Virus record (IMG/VR): IMGVR_UViG_3300027021_000012
Location: 1 to 31,552 of that record
Source of the DNA: a virus
Lineage: Duplodnaviria > Caudoviricetes
Length of the DNA stretch: 31,552 bases
Strand: one strand, 5' to 3'
Positions 7,832 through 16,729 of the stretch are shown here, piece by piece. Each line of letters starts with the position of its first letter. The first letter of the stretch is position 1. The notes below the pieces were generated by a model. The model made no database searches. It was not told where the DNA came from and saw only the letters and a list, made by a program, of their open reading frames with translations. A program made the translations under genes and the position numbers.

Positions 7832-9006
7832 TAACCAAGAAACTAATCAAGTATAATTTTTCAAAAGGAAATGCCCCAAAGTATATTGTCATTCACGATA
7901 CAGGAAATAAAAACAAAGGTGCGGATGCAGAGGCGCATTACAAATATTTCAATGGTGGAAATCGAAATGCCTCAGCTCATTATTTTGTTGATGATCATGA
8001 GACTATTCAAACAGTCGAACATTCAAACGCTGCTTGGCATTGTGGTGATGGTAAAGGTAATTATGGAATAACAAATTATAATTCAATAGGGATTGAAATT
8101 TGCATAAATAGTGATGGTGATTATGACAAGGCGGTTCAAAAAACGATTGAGCTTGTAAGAACTTTAATGAAAGAGCTTAACATCCCTATTGAAAAAGTTG
8201 TAAGACATTATGATGCAAGCAGAAAGAAGTGTCCGGGAACAATGAGTTCAAACAACTGGGAAAAATGGACATGGTTCATTAATCAGATCAAGCAAAGCTC
8301 AGATGAAAGCGAACAACTCACGCTGATCATGGGAACGACTCAAGCAACAGTTGAGCAAATGGTATCATACGCACTCAAAGGAAATCCGAATCCAAAGCTT
8401 CCAAACTGTACGATTGAAGAATTAGCGCAGTTATTTATTGAAGAAGCTGAAGTTGAAGGTATCCGAGGGGATGGGGCTTGGGCACAGACGCTCAAGGAAA
8501 CAGGATATTTCAAATATGGTGGTATTGTTCTTCCTGAACAGAATAATTATTCAGGTATAGGCGCGCTCAACAACAATGCTCAAGGTGATGCTGCAAGGTT
8601 TGAAAGTCCACGCATTGGAGTTAGAGCTCAGATGCAGCACTTGAAAGCATATGGAAGTACTGAAAATCTAAAGCTTGTATGTGTTGATCCACGATTCCAT
8701 CTCGTAAAACGAGGAGCATCTAAATACTTTGAATGGCTTGGTTATAAAGATAATCCAAACGGTGCAGGTTGGGCTTGGTCCGGTAGTGGATATGGATATA
8801 GTATCATTAAGATACTAAATGAAATTCTTAAAGAACCTAAAGACGAGCCAAAAGAAGATAACAGCAATATTCCTCAATGGCAAAGCGATGGATTAAAAAA
8901 ACTAGTAGATAATGGGGTTATTGATACGCCTGAGTATTGGAAAGGCAAGCTCGGTGAACAACCCACGCTTGGCGAGGTAATGGGCATACTAGCGAACATG
9001 ATTTGA
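7828..9006 (+). CDS. Endolysin: Amidase_2 domain + GH73-like glucosaminidase + short C-terminal domain
   Basis: YIVIHDT, SAHYFVD, AWHCG, SIGIEIC, HYDASRKKCPG (amidase); AQTLKETGYF, QNNYSGIGA, GVRAQMQHLKAY (glucosaminidase). Confidence 0.9.
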   Translation: MITKKLIKYNFSKGNAPKYIVIHDTGNKNKGADAEAHYKYFNGGNRNASAHYFVDDHETIQTVEHSNAAWHCGDGKGNYGITNYNSIGIEICINSDGDYDKAVQKTIELVRTLMKELNIPIEKVVRHYDASRKKCPGTMSSNNWEKWTWFINQIKQSSDESEQLTLIMGTTQATVEQMVSYALKGNPNPKLPNCTIEELAQLFIEEAEVEGIRGDGAWAQTLKETGYFKYGGIVLPEQNNYSGIGALNNNAQGDAARFESPRIGVRAQMQHLKAYGSTENLKLVCVDPRFHLVKRGASKYFEWLGYKDNPNGAGWAWSGSGYGYSIIKILNEILKEPKDEPKEDNSNIPQWQSDGLKKLVDNGVIDTPEYWKGKLGEQPTLGEVMGILANMI

Positions 9007-9028
9007 TGCAAACGAAACACTAAAGGGG

Positions 9029-9346
9029 GTGGACGCTATAGACAGTCTAATAAATGAATTGACACCGGAGATGATTCCTGATGGAGTTTATAGGGAAATT
9101 GCTGAAGAGATTGGAGTAAAAAACTTTGTCAAGCTAGCTGAGATAATCGGTGGTTCAACCTTCTATATCCCAAAGCCAGATACTTTTCTGAGACCAGTTA
9201 GAGATTTGAGGATTAAAGAAGAGTTTAACGGATACAACCATGCCGAGCTAGGTAAAAAATATAACTTGAGCGAACGTTGGATAAGGGCTATATGTGGTGA
9301 AGGTCATATCGCCGGGCAATGCACCTTGTTTGATTTTCAAGGGTGA
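9029..9346 (+). CDS. mor: Mor/C-family transcription activator
   Basis: IGGSTFYIPK...RDLRIKEEFNGYNHAELGKKYNLSERWIRAI; GTG start. Confidence 0.92.
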   Translation: MDAIDSLINELTPEMIPDGVYREIAEEIGVKNFVKLAEIIGGSTFYIPKPDTFLRPVRDLRIKEEFNGYNHAELGKKYNLSERWIRAICGEGHIAGQCTLFDFQG

Positions 9347-9405
9347 CGCTAGTATGAAGTATCTTTCAGAAGTATTACATCTATAGCTTTCTCAAATAAA
9401 CCTTT

Positions 9406-9448
9406 AATATAGTATTAAGAACAAAGTTCTTAATACTATATTTTTTTT
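9406..9448 (+). terminator. 17-bp perfect hairpin with T-tract ending the early/middle operon
   Basis: AATATAGTATTAAGAAC-AAA-GTTCTTAATACTATATT followed by TTTTTT. Confidence 0.78.
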
Positions 9449-9474
9449 AAGAAAATTTTAGAGGAGGCGAAGGT

Positions 9475-9909
9475 ATGGAGACAACACAACAGTTCTTGAC
9501 ACAAATCGCAATGAACGTTGCTCTTGCAGGTGTTGCTTTATTAGCGGCATATGCGACAAATGCGATGCATAAGCTAACGGAAAAAGTCAAGGCTGAAACG
9601 ATGCGCATAAAAAGTGATGAACAACGCAAGCTTTTAAACGATGCACTGGATGATGTAGACATTCTTACAAAAAAAACAGTCGCACAGATTGAGCAAACGA
9701 CAGCAAAGACCCTTAGAGAAGCTGTAAAAGAAGGTATACGTGATAAGCGAGAACTTGAGGCCTTATCTATTCAAGCTTTTAACGAAATTGCCGAAGCGTT
9801 GAAGCCTGAGAGTAAAGCAATGATTGAGGAAAACTTTGGTGATTTCTCAAAATATTTGACAAAGGTCATTGAGGAAAAAGTACTTGAACTCAAGAGTGAA
9901 AGTCAATAG
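9475..9909 (+). CDS. Putative holin (LL-H-like)
   Basis: One N-terminal TM (IAMNVALAGVALLAAYA) then a charged helical domain ending IEEKVLELK; first late gene. Confidence 0.65.
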   Translation: METTQQFLTQIAMNVALAGVALLAAYATNAMHKLTEKVKAETMRIKSDEQRKLLNDALDDVDILTKKTVAQIEQTTAKTLREAVKEGIRDKRELEALSIQAFNEIAEALKPESKAMIEENFGDFSKYLTKVIEEKVLELKSESQ

Positions 9910-9919
9910 GGGTTAGCAT

Positions 9920-10219
9920 ATGGAATTAAGTTGGATACTTCAATCGATTACAGCATTGGCTGTTGGTGCAATAGCATATTTCTTAAAAGGGACAATGGCT
10001 GATATAAAAGAAGGCATAAAAAAGAATGACAAAGAAATTGAGAGTTTAAGAAATGATCTCAATGATTTAAAGAGTGATTTACCTTTTGTGTATGTATTAC
10101 GAGAGGACTTCATTCGGACACTGAATAATGTTGACAGTAAGATGGGAAATATAGACAGCAAGATAGACAAAGTCTTATTACAGTTTAAAGGGAGAGCGAG
10201 GGGAAATGATGATGGATGA
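9920..10219 (+). CDS. TM + coiled-coil protein, holin/lysis-associated
   Basis: N-terminal TM (WILQSITALAVGAIAYFL), coiled coil, YVLREDF motif. Confidence 0.6.
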   Translation: MELSWILQSITALAVGAIAYFLKGTMADIKEGIKKNDKEIESLRNDLNDLKSDLPFVYVLREDFIRTLNNVDSKMGNIDSKIDKVLLQFKGRARGNDDG

Positions 10220-10526
10220 GCGTACAGAAGTGGAAATTAGACTCAACAAAGCAATTAGAGGATATATTATTCGTGCCTTAGTTAAGGGGCATCAAAATTC
10301 TTTGTTGCTTAGGCAGATCACAAATGCGCTTGTGGCAGATGGCTTAATAGTCTCGCCGGACATATCAAAACATCTTGATTATTTATCGGAAGCCGAGTAT
10401 ATCGTTTTTGTAGATAAATCGGTAAATGCCTATAATGCTTACCGCAAAGATGCCGTGATTAAGCTAACAAGAAAGGGCGTTGATTTAGTTGAAGGCACGA
10501 TAGATGATCTAGGAGTTGATGTCTGA
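10206..10526 (+). CDS. Winged-helix-like protein (Mu gp26 position)
   Basis: HLDYLSEAEYI...KLTRKGVDLVEG...GV; directly upstream of the small terminase. Confidence 0.65.
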   Translation: MMMDERTEVEIRLNKAIRGYIIRALVKGHQNSLLLRQITNALVADGLIVSPDISKHLDYLSEAEYIVFVDKSVNAYNAYRKDAVIKLTRKGVDLVEGTIDDLGVDV

Positions 10527-11089
10527 TGGGAAAAGAAAGGTCAAGGACGAGAATTAACTCAAAAATAGATGCTTTGCCAGATGAAATTAGAGAGCAAATC
10601 GATGACATGATTATTGATACAAATAATACCTATCAAGAGATTGCTGACTGGGTTACTGGTCAAGGCTATGAAGTAAGTAAAAGTAGTGTTGGAAGATATG
10701 CGATAAGAACAACAGGTGCTACACAACGATTAATTGAAGCACAAAAGCAAACAGAAGCCCTCGTTGGAGTAATCAAGAAAAATCCGGATATCGACTATAC
10801 AGACGCAGGACTCATGATGCTTATGGATGGACTTGTCAAAAAGCTTTCAACGGCTGAAGAAGAGTTTGATAACATGCCTTTAGATAAAGCGGGGCGACTT
10901 ATTACAGCGATTAGTCGTACCAAGGCTTATAAAGACAGAGTTAAACAAGATATGAAAAAGAAAGTTGAACTTGCCTTTCAAGAACTTGAAAACCAATTGA
11001 TGACAGCGATTAAATCAGATCGAACTTTAGCAAAAGAATTAAAATCTGTGCTTGAAAGAGCCAAAGAAAAGATGGTGCAAGATGATTAA
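10526..11089 (+). CDS. Terminase small subunit (Mu gp27 / DUF3486-like)
   Basis: SKIDALPDEIR...TYQEIADW...GYEVSKSSVGRY. Confidence 0.85.
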   Translation: MGKERSRTRINSKIDALPDEIREQIDDMIIDTNNTYQEIADWVTGQGYEVSKSSVGRYAIRTTGATQRLIEAQKQTEALVGVIKKNPDIDYTDAGLMMLMDGLVKKLSTAEEEFDNMPLDKAGRLITAISRTKAYKDRVKQDMKKKVELAFQELENQLMTAIKSDRTLAKELKSVLERAKEKMVQDD

Positions 11090-12839
11090 ATTGGATGAAT
11101 ATTTAGATCAACTAAATGAAGAAGATGCTGAATTACTGGAAGACCAAGAGTATCAAAAAAAACTTTTTGCAAATTATGTTATTAGGAATGACGAGCATTA
11201 TTTGGTAAGAATGCAATTGCAAAAAGAATTTGAGGCCGGAGAAAAGTTGACAGGACCTAAAGGATTAAGAAAGCGCTTAGCTGCTTTTGATCTTGGATAC
11301 TTTGGGAGAGCATACCTTCCACATTACTTTTTAAGAGAATCTCCAAAATTTCATGAGAAATTAGATGAGATTTGGACAAAAGGCGTGATGAAAGGGTTAA
11401 ATCCAATAACGGACAAGAACAAGATTTCAAGATCTAAAGGATGTAAAAGAGCAACGGCAGCTCCTCGTGGTCATGCAAAATCAACCAACTTCACATTTAA
11501 AGATACCTTACATGCAATCGTCTTTGAGTATAAACATTATCCGATTATCTTATCCGATAGTACAGAACAAGCAGAAGGATTTTTGACAGATATTAAGACA
11601 GAGATTGAAGAAAACAAATATATCATCGAAGACTTCGGAAACCTTAAAGGAAAAGTCTGGAAAGCTGGCGTGATATTGACGTCAACCAATATTAAAATTG
11701 AAGCGATTGGCTCAGGAAAGAAAATACGTGGACGAAGACACCGAAATTGGAGACCGGACCTTTTGGTTCTTGATGATATTGAGAATGACGAAAATGTAAA
11801 TACGCCGGAGCAAAGAAAAAAACTTACGAACTGGTTCTATAAAGCAGTGTCAAAAGCCGGGGATACATATACGGATATTGTGTATATCGGAACTATCCTA
11901 CACTATGACTCATTACTTTCCAAGGTGCTCAAGAATCCTGAATACCATTCGGTAAAATATCGAGGAGTTATTAGTTTTTCTGATAAAGATGATTTATGGA
12001 GTGCGTGGGAAGCTGTTTACACTGATCTAGAAAACGATCACAGGCAAGAAGATGCAAAAATGTTCTTTGATGCCAACAAGAAAGAAATGCTTGAAGGAAC
12101 GGAAGTCTTGTGGGAAGCAAAGCTCTCTTACTATGACTTAATGATTATAAAAATATCTGAAGGTGAAGCTTCATTTAACAGTGAGATTCAAAATGATCCT
12201 ATTGACCCGGACTCATGTGCTTTTAACGAAGAATGGTTTGATTTTTATGATGAAACATCGGTTGATTTTAAAGATTCAAGGTTCATTTTTGTTGGGGCGA
12301 ATGATCCATCACTTGGAAAAAATAAAAAAAGTGATACATCTTCAATTATTATTATTGCGAAAGATACTCAAAGTGGATATATGTATGTGCTTGAAGCATC
12401 CATTGAGAAAAGAAAGCCGGATGCAATTATTGATGATTCGATTGAGACGTCTAAACGGTTAAAAAGGGACTACAAAAAGCCCCTGTACCTATTTGGAGTT
12501 GAGACGGTTCAGTTCCAGCATTTTTTCAAGGATGTCATGGTCAAGAAGAGTGCTGAAGTCGGTGAATATTTACCGATAGAAGAAATCAACAGTGTATTAA
12601 ATAAGAACATGAGAATTGAGTCATTACAACCGTTGATTAAAAACAAATATATTAAGTTTAATGCAAAACATAAAACATTACTTCAACAGCTAAAAGAATA
12701 CCCTATGGGAAAAAATGATGATGGTCCTGATGGACTTGAGATGGCTGTTCGATTAGCACTGAAAATTAAAGGAAACACAAAAGTTGATTATAAGTCAGTA
12801 CTCAGTCGAGCAATGAAGTTCAAGCGAGGAGCATTTTAG
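11082..12839 (+). CDS. terL: Terminase large subunit
   Basis: APRGHAKST Walker A, IRGRRH, LLVLDDIE Walker B, ANDPS and DDGPDGLE nuclease motifs; ATG 11082 overlaps the gp27 stop. Confidence 0.94.
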   Translation: MIKLDEYLDQLNEEDAELLEDQEYQKKLFANYVIRNDEHYLVRMQLQKEFEAGEKLTGPKGLRKRLAAFDLGYFGRAYLPHYFLRESPKFHEKLDEIWTKGVMKGLNPITDKNKISRSKGCKRATAAPRGHAKSTNFTFKDTLHAIVFEYKHYPIILSDSTEQAEGFLTDIKTEIEENKYIIEDFGNLKGKVWKAGVILTSTNIKIEAIGSGKKIRGRRHRNWRPDLLVLDDIENDENVNTPEQRKKLTNWFYKAVSKAGDTYTDIVYIGTILHYDSLLSKVLKNPEYHSVKYRGVISFSDKDDLWSAWEAVYTDLENDHRQEDAKMFFDANKKEMLEGTEVLWEAKLSYYDLMIIKISEGEASFNSEIQNDPIDPDSCAFNEEWFDFYDETSVDFKDSRFIFVGANDPSLGKNKKSDTSSIIIIAKDTQSGYMYVLEASIEKRKPDAIIDDSIETSKRLKRDYKKPLYLFGVETVQFQHFFKDVMVKKSAEVGEYLPIEEINSVLNKNMRIESLQPLIKNKYIKFNAKHKTLLQQLKEYPMGKNDDGPDGLEMAVRLALKIKGNTKVDYKSVLSRAMKFKRGAF

Positions 12840-12849
12840 GAGGTGAGCA

Positions 12850-14415
12850 GTGTTGAAAGATGAAAAAAAAGGAAAGAAGGCACCTAAGCTTTATGAAATT
12901 GCCGTGGCTCAGGTTCAGGATAAATACTCAACCTATCCTTCAAATGGATTAACACCAATCCGCCTTGCTCAAATATTCAGGGAAGCAGATTCAGGAGATG
13001 TCATGAGACAGATGGAACTCTTTGAAGAAATGGAAGAGAAAGACCCACATCTATTCTCACAGCTTCAAACGAGAAAAAATTCCGTTACAGGTCTTGATTA
13101 TGAGATTATTCCGTTTTCGACGGATCAGAAAGATAAAGATATTGCCGAATTTGTAAAGCAAGAAATTGAGAGCCTTGAAAGTTTTGAGGATGTTCTTTTA
13201 GATTTACTTGATGCCATTGGAAAAGGCATAGCCATGAGTGAAATCATATGGGGATATGATGAAGGTAAAGTCACAATTAAAGATATACGATGGCGTCATC
13301 AAAAGAAATTCTTTTGGGATGAAAATGACACGCTGAAGGTAATTACAAAGGAATATCCTGCCGGAATAGAAATTCCTGAAAATAAGTTCATCATTCATAG
13401 CTATAAAGCAAGGTCTGGACATCCTTCACGAGCAGGCGTTCTTCGTGTAGTGGCTTGGATGTACTTATTCAAGAATTATGACATCAAGGATTGGGTCAGC
13501 TTTTGTGAAGTATTTGGGATGCCTCTTAGACTTGGGAAATATAATCCTTCAGCAAGTGAAGAAGATAAACTTGCGCTTATGAGAGCATTGGTTCAGATTG
13601 GTACAGATGCAGCAGGCATTATACCGGATGGAACTGAAATTGAATTTAAAGAAAGTTCAAAGACATCCTCAATCAACGTGTATGAATCCCTTGCAAGATA
13701 TTGTGATGAACAAACATCAAAAGCAGTTCTTGGTCAAACATTAACATCTGATTCAGGAGGAGGGTCATTTGCACAAAGTAAAACGCATAATGAAGTAAGG
13801 CATGATTTGACCTTGGCCGATTGCAAAGGCATATCAGCAACACTTCGAAGAGATTTGATTCGTCCGCTTGTTCTTTTTAACTTTGGAGAAGACAGACGAA
13901 TTCCATATATTAGATTTGATGCGGAAGAAGCAGGCGATTTAAAAGAAACAGCAGACATCTATCAAAAACTTATCTGTGATATTGGTTTAAAAATACCCAC
14001 ATCACATTTGTACAAAAAGTTTAGCGTTCCAAAGCCTGAAGATGGAGAAGAAGTGGCAACACCTCCAAAGGATAACGCGCCTTTACCATTAAAGGCAGAC
14101 ATGAAACTGATTGCTAACAAGGAAACGGATCAAGCAAACACAATCAGCAAGGAATATCAAAACCGCATTGACAGATTTGCTGATGAAGCAACAGCTCAAA
14201 GCTCCAAGATATTTGGCAAAATGTTTGAGCCGATCATGAAACTGTTAGAGGGTGCAGAAAATCTTGAAGAACTGAAGCAACAGCTCGAAAATGAAAAATT
14301 TGTTGAAATGCTCTACAAGGAAATGGATGCTGGCGACCTCGAAGAGCTTTTACAAAAAGCTATGTTCTACTCGGACATGATTGGAAGGATGAAGGAAAAT
14401 GAAAGAGCTGTTTGA
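12850..14415 (+). CDS. Portal protein (Mu gp29 / DUF935)
   Basis: EEKDPHLFSQLQTRK, FCEVFGMPLRLGKY, SKAVLGQTLT, HNEVRHD. Confidence 0.93.
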   Translation: MLKDEKKGKKAPKLYEIAVAQVQDKYSTYPSNGLTPIRLAQIFREADSGDVMRQMELFEEMEEKDPHLFSQLQTRKNSVTGLDYEIIPFSTDQKDKDIAEFVKQEIESLESFEDVLLDLLDAIGKGIAMSEIIWGYDEGKVTIKDIRWRHQKKFFWDENDTLKVITKEYPAGIEIPENKFIIHSYKARSGHPSRAGVLRVVAWMYLFKNYDIKDWVSFCEVFGMPLRLGKYNPSASEEDKLALMRALVQIGTDAAGIIPDGTEIEFKESSKTSSINVYESLARYCDEQTSKAVLGQTLTSDSGGGSFAQSKTHNEVRHDLTLADCKGISATLRRDLIRPLVLFNFGEDRRIPYIRFDAEEAGDLKETADIYQKLICDIGLKIPTSHLYKKFSVPKPEDGEEVATPPKDNAPLPLKADMKLIANKETDQANTISKEYQNRIDRFADEATAQSSKIFGKMFEPIMKLLEGAENLEELKQQLENEKFVEMLYKEMDAGDLEELLQKAMFYSDMIGRMKENERAV

Positions 14416-15136
14416 TCTTCTTACAAAAGATATAGTCTTTGAGGAAGCTGTGAACTATTTCAAAGATAAGATTCCATTGAAGCCTTCAGAATTCTATAAG
14501 TTGGCTGAAGAATACAAAGCGCTTGCATTTACAGTTTCAGGATATACCTCAGCACAAGTGATTTATAAGTTTCATGATGAAATTTTAAAGGCTATTGAAA
14601 ACGGGACGACCATGAGGGACTTCAAGAACAACATGAATGAGTTCTTAGAATCAAAAGGATATGAAGGTATCACGAATTTTCAAGCAGACAACATATTCAG
14701 GACGAACATGCAGACGGCCTATCAGGTGGGCCATTATAAGCAAATGACATCTCCTGAAGTCATGAAGCTTAGACCCTATTGGCAATACGATGCAGTAAAT
14801 GACAAGCATACGAGACCTTCTCACCTTGCCATGGATGGACGTGTATTTAGGGCAGATGATCCTATATGGGATATATGGTATCCACCGAATGGATTTCGAT
14901 GTAGGTGTGGAATTATAACCTTGTCGGAAAGGCAAGTTAAAGAAAGAGGGCTTAGAGTTGAACAAGGTGCACCTCGAGCAGCTGAAGTAGGAGGAAAATT
15001 TGTAAATGTAATGCCTGATCCGAAGTTTTCGAAAAACCCTGCAATAAATTCATTTGAACCTGAACTTAAGAATTATCCAAAATCAATTGAAAAAGCATTC
15101 GAAAAAAGGGAAATGTCGACAAAAGGGAAAAAATGA
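14399..15136 (+). CDS. Minor head protein MuF (gp30), short form
   Basis: IFRTNMQTAY, PYWQYDAVNDKHTRPSH, PPNGFRCRC. Confidence 0.92.
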   Translation: MKELFDLLTKDIVFEEAVNYFKDKIPLKPSEFYKLAEEYKALAFTVSGYTSAQVIYKFHDEILKAIENGTTMRDFKNNMNEFLESKGYEGITNFQADNIFRTNMQTAYQVGHYKQMTSPEVMKLRPYWQYDAVNDKHTRPSHLAMDGRVFRADDPIWDIWYPPNGFRCRCGIITLSERQVKERGLRVEQGAPRAAEVGGKFVNVMPDPKFSKNPAINSFEPELKNYPKSIEKAFEKREMSTKGKK

Positions 15137-15156
15137 TTTTAACGTCTAATAGGATG

Positions 15157-15233
15157 GTTTATACCCCTATCTAAGATGTTTATACCTGAAAGCGAAAACA
15201 CTAGCGTTATAACGCGTGCTAACGGCGTTATAA
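15157..15233. repeat. Two pairs of 9-bp direct repeats, each 21 bp apart, plus palindrome GCGTTATAACGC (15204-15215)
   Basis: GTTTATACC at 15157 and 15178; GCGTTATAA at 15204 and 15225. Confidence 0.75.
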
Positions 15234-15265
15234 GTTAGGTTAAAAACATAAAGGGTGGTGGATGT

Positions 15266-16312
15266 GTGAAAAAGAGATTTGTTTTAAATATGAGCTCTTC
15301 CGAAATTCAAGGAGCTCCTGAAGTGGTTAAACTTTTAAAGCTTGGAAAAATCAAGTCGCAAAAGGGTGATTTCTATGTAGATCAAGAAAGCTTTCAAAGG
15401 ATAAGAAATACCTTTAAGAATCGGGCTATTGATATAGTCATAGATTATGAACATCAGACGCTTGAAGATGTTCAAGCTCCTGCCGGGGGTTGGATAAAAG
15501 ATATCATCCTTCAAGACGGAGCAATTGCAGCAAAAGTTGAGTGGACACCAAAAGCTCAAGAGTATCTAAAGAACAAAGAATATAGATATCTCTCTCCTGT
15601 AGTCCTTGTCAGAAAAAGTGACAATAAGGCTGTTGTGCTTCACTCGGTAGCGTTAACAAACACACCTGCAATAGATGGGATGTTTGCAATAATAAATTCA
15701 ATAAATATTGATGAAGATGAAATTGAAGGAGGAAACAACATGGATTTAAAAAAATTAGCAGAGCTTCTAGGACTTCCTGAAGATGCAACCGAAGAGCAAA
15801 TCATGCAGGCCATTCAAATGGTTGTTGGTGAGCTTGGCAAATTGCAAGAGCAGCTTAAAAAGAAAGATGGTTCTGAAGGTGAAACGGAGGTTGTTGCCAA
15901 CAAGGTAATCATGGGTCTTTTAGGCTTAGACAACAACGATGCGAAAACAGAAGATGTGGCGGCTGCCATTGTAGCCCTTAAGAATCCGGCAAACTATGTT
16001 CCTGTTACTGAGTTTAATAAACTTAAAGAAAGGCTTGATAAAAAGGACAGTGATGAAGTGGTTACCTTAGCTTTAAAAGCAGGTAAAATATCAGCGGCTC
16101 AAAAAGAATGGGCTGAAGAATACGCTTTGAAAGATCCTGAAGGGTTTAAACGATTTGTTGAAAAAGCTCCGCAAACCGTGCCAATGGGTGAAATCGAACA
16201 TGATGATGTTAAAAAGTCAGATGGTAGAGTCGAAGAGACGACAATGGCAGTTTGCAAAATGCTTGGTGTAAGTAAGGAAGACGTTGAGAAATACGGAAAG
16301 GAGGAAAACTAA
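15266..16312 (+). CDS. Mu-like prohead protease I with C-terminal scaffold
   Basis: VIDYEHQT, APAGGWI, VEWTPKA, EYRYLSPV, SVALTNTPAI; GTG start. Confidence 0.93.
   Translation: MKKRFVLNMSSSEIQGAPEVVKLLKLGKIKSQKGDFYVDQESFQRIRNTFKNRAIDIVIDYEHQTLEDVQAPAGGWIKDIILQDGAIAAKVEWTPKAQEYLKNKEYRYLSPVVLVRKSDNKAVVLHSVALTNTPAIDGMFAIINSINIDEDEIEGGNNMDLKKLAELLGLPEDATEEQIMQAIQMVVGELGKLQEQLKKKDGSEGETEVVANKVIMGLLGLDNNDAKTEDVAAAIVALKNPANYVPVTEFNKLKERLDKKDSDEVVTLALKAGKISAAQKEWAEEYALKDPEGFKRFVEKAPQTVPMGEIEHDDVKKSDGRVEETTMAVCKMLGVSKEDVEKYGKEEN
15740..16312 (+). CDS. Nested in-frame scaffolding protein (Mu Z equivalent), 190 aa
   Basis: Internal SD GAAGGAGG then in-frame ATG 15740 (MDLKKLAELLGL). Confidence 0.75.
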   Translation: MDLKKLAELLGLPEDATEEQIMQAIQMVVGELGKLQEQLKKKDGSEGETEVVANKVIMGLLGLDNNDAKTEDVAAAIVALKNPANYVPVTEFNKLKERLDKKDSDEVVTLALKAGKISAAQKEWAEEYALKDPEGFKRFVEKAPQTVPMGEIEHDDVKKSDGRVEETTMAVCKMLGVSKEDVEKYGKEEN

Positions 16313-16313
16313 T

Positions 16314-16712
16314 ATGTTAAGTGCAGGAAGAAACACGATTGAAATTCAAGACGGTAAGACACTTATATTGCCGGTTAAGTCAAATGCAAAAATTTTTGAA
16401 GGTTCTCTAGTTGCGTTGGATGCACTAGGATACGCTATCGCAGGAAATACAGCTGAAGGATTGATTGCAGCAGGGAGATCGGAAGAATTTATTGACAACA
16501 CTGGTGGTGTAGATGGAGCTGTTACAGTTAAGGTACGCCGTGGTGTCTTTAAATACAACAATGATGACACCGATCCTGTCACAGCTCAAGACATCAAAAA
16601 AGAATGCTACATCCTTGATGATGAGACAGTCACAATGTTGGCAGTCGGCACATCAGTGGCAGGTAAAATAATCGGATTAGATAATGACGAAGTACTCGTC
16701 GAAATTCTTTAA
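16314..16712 (+). CDS. Head decoration/cement protein
   Basis: Small Gly/Ala-rich beta protein between scaffold and capsid; SD AAGGAGG. Confidence 0.7.
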   Translation: MLSAGRNTIEIQDGKTLILPVKSNAKIFEGSLVALDALGYAIAGNTAEGLIAAGRSEEFIDNTGGVDGAVTVKVRRGVFKYNNDDTDPVTAQDIKKECYILDDETVTMLAVGTSVAGKIIGLDNDEVLVEIL

Positions 16713-16729
16713 TAGGGAGGAACAATATT

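Noticed and set aside
11082-12839. Intein or intron in the terminase
   Set aside because: ATPase and nuclease motifs are continuous; no splicing or homing endonuclease motifs seen
14399-15136. MuF polymorphic toxin
   Set aside because: Protein ends soon after the MuF domain; no toxin extension or immunity ORF follows
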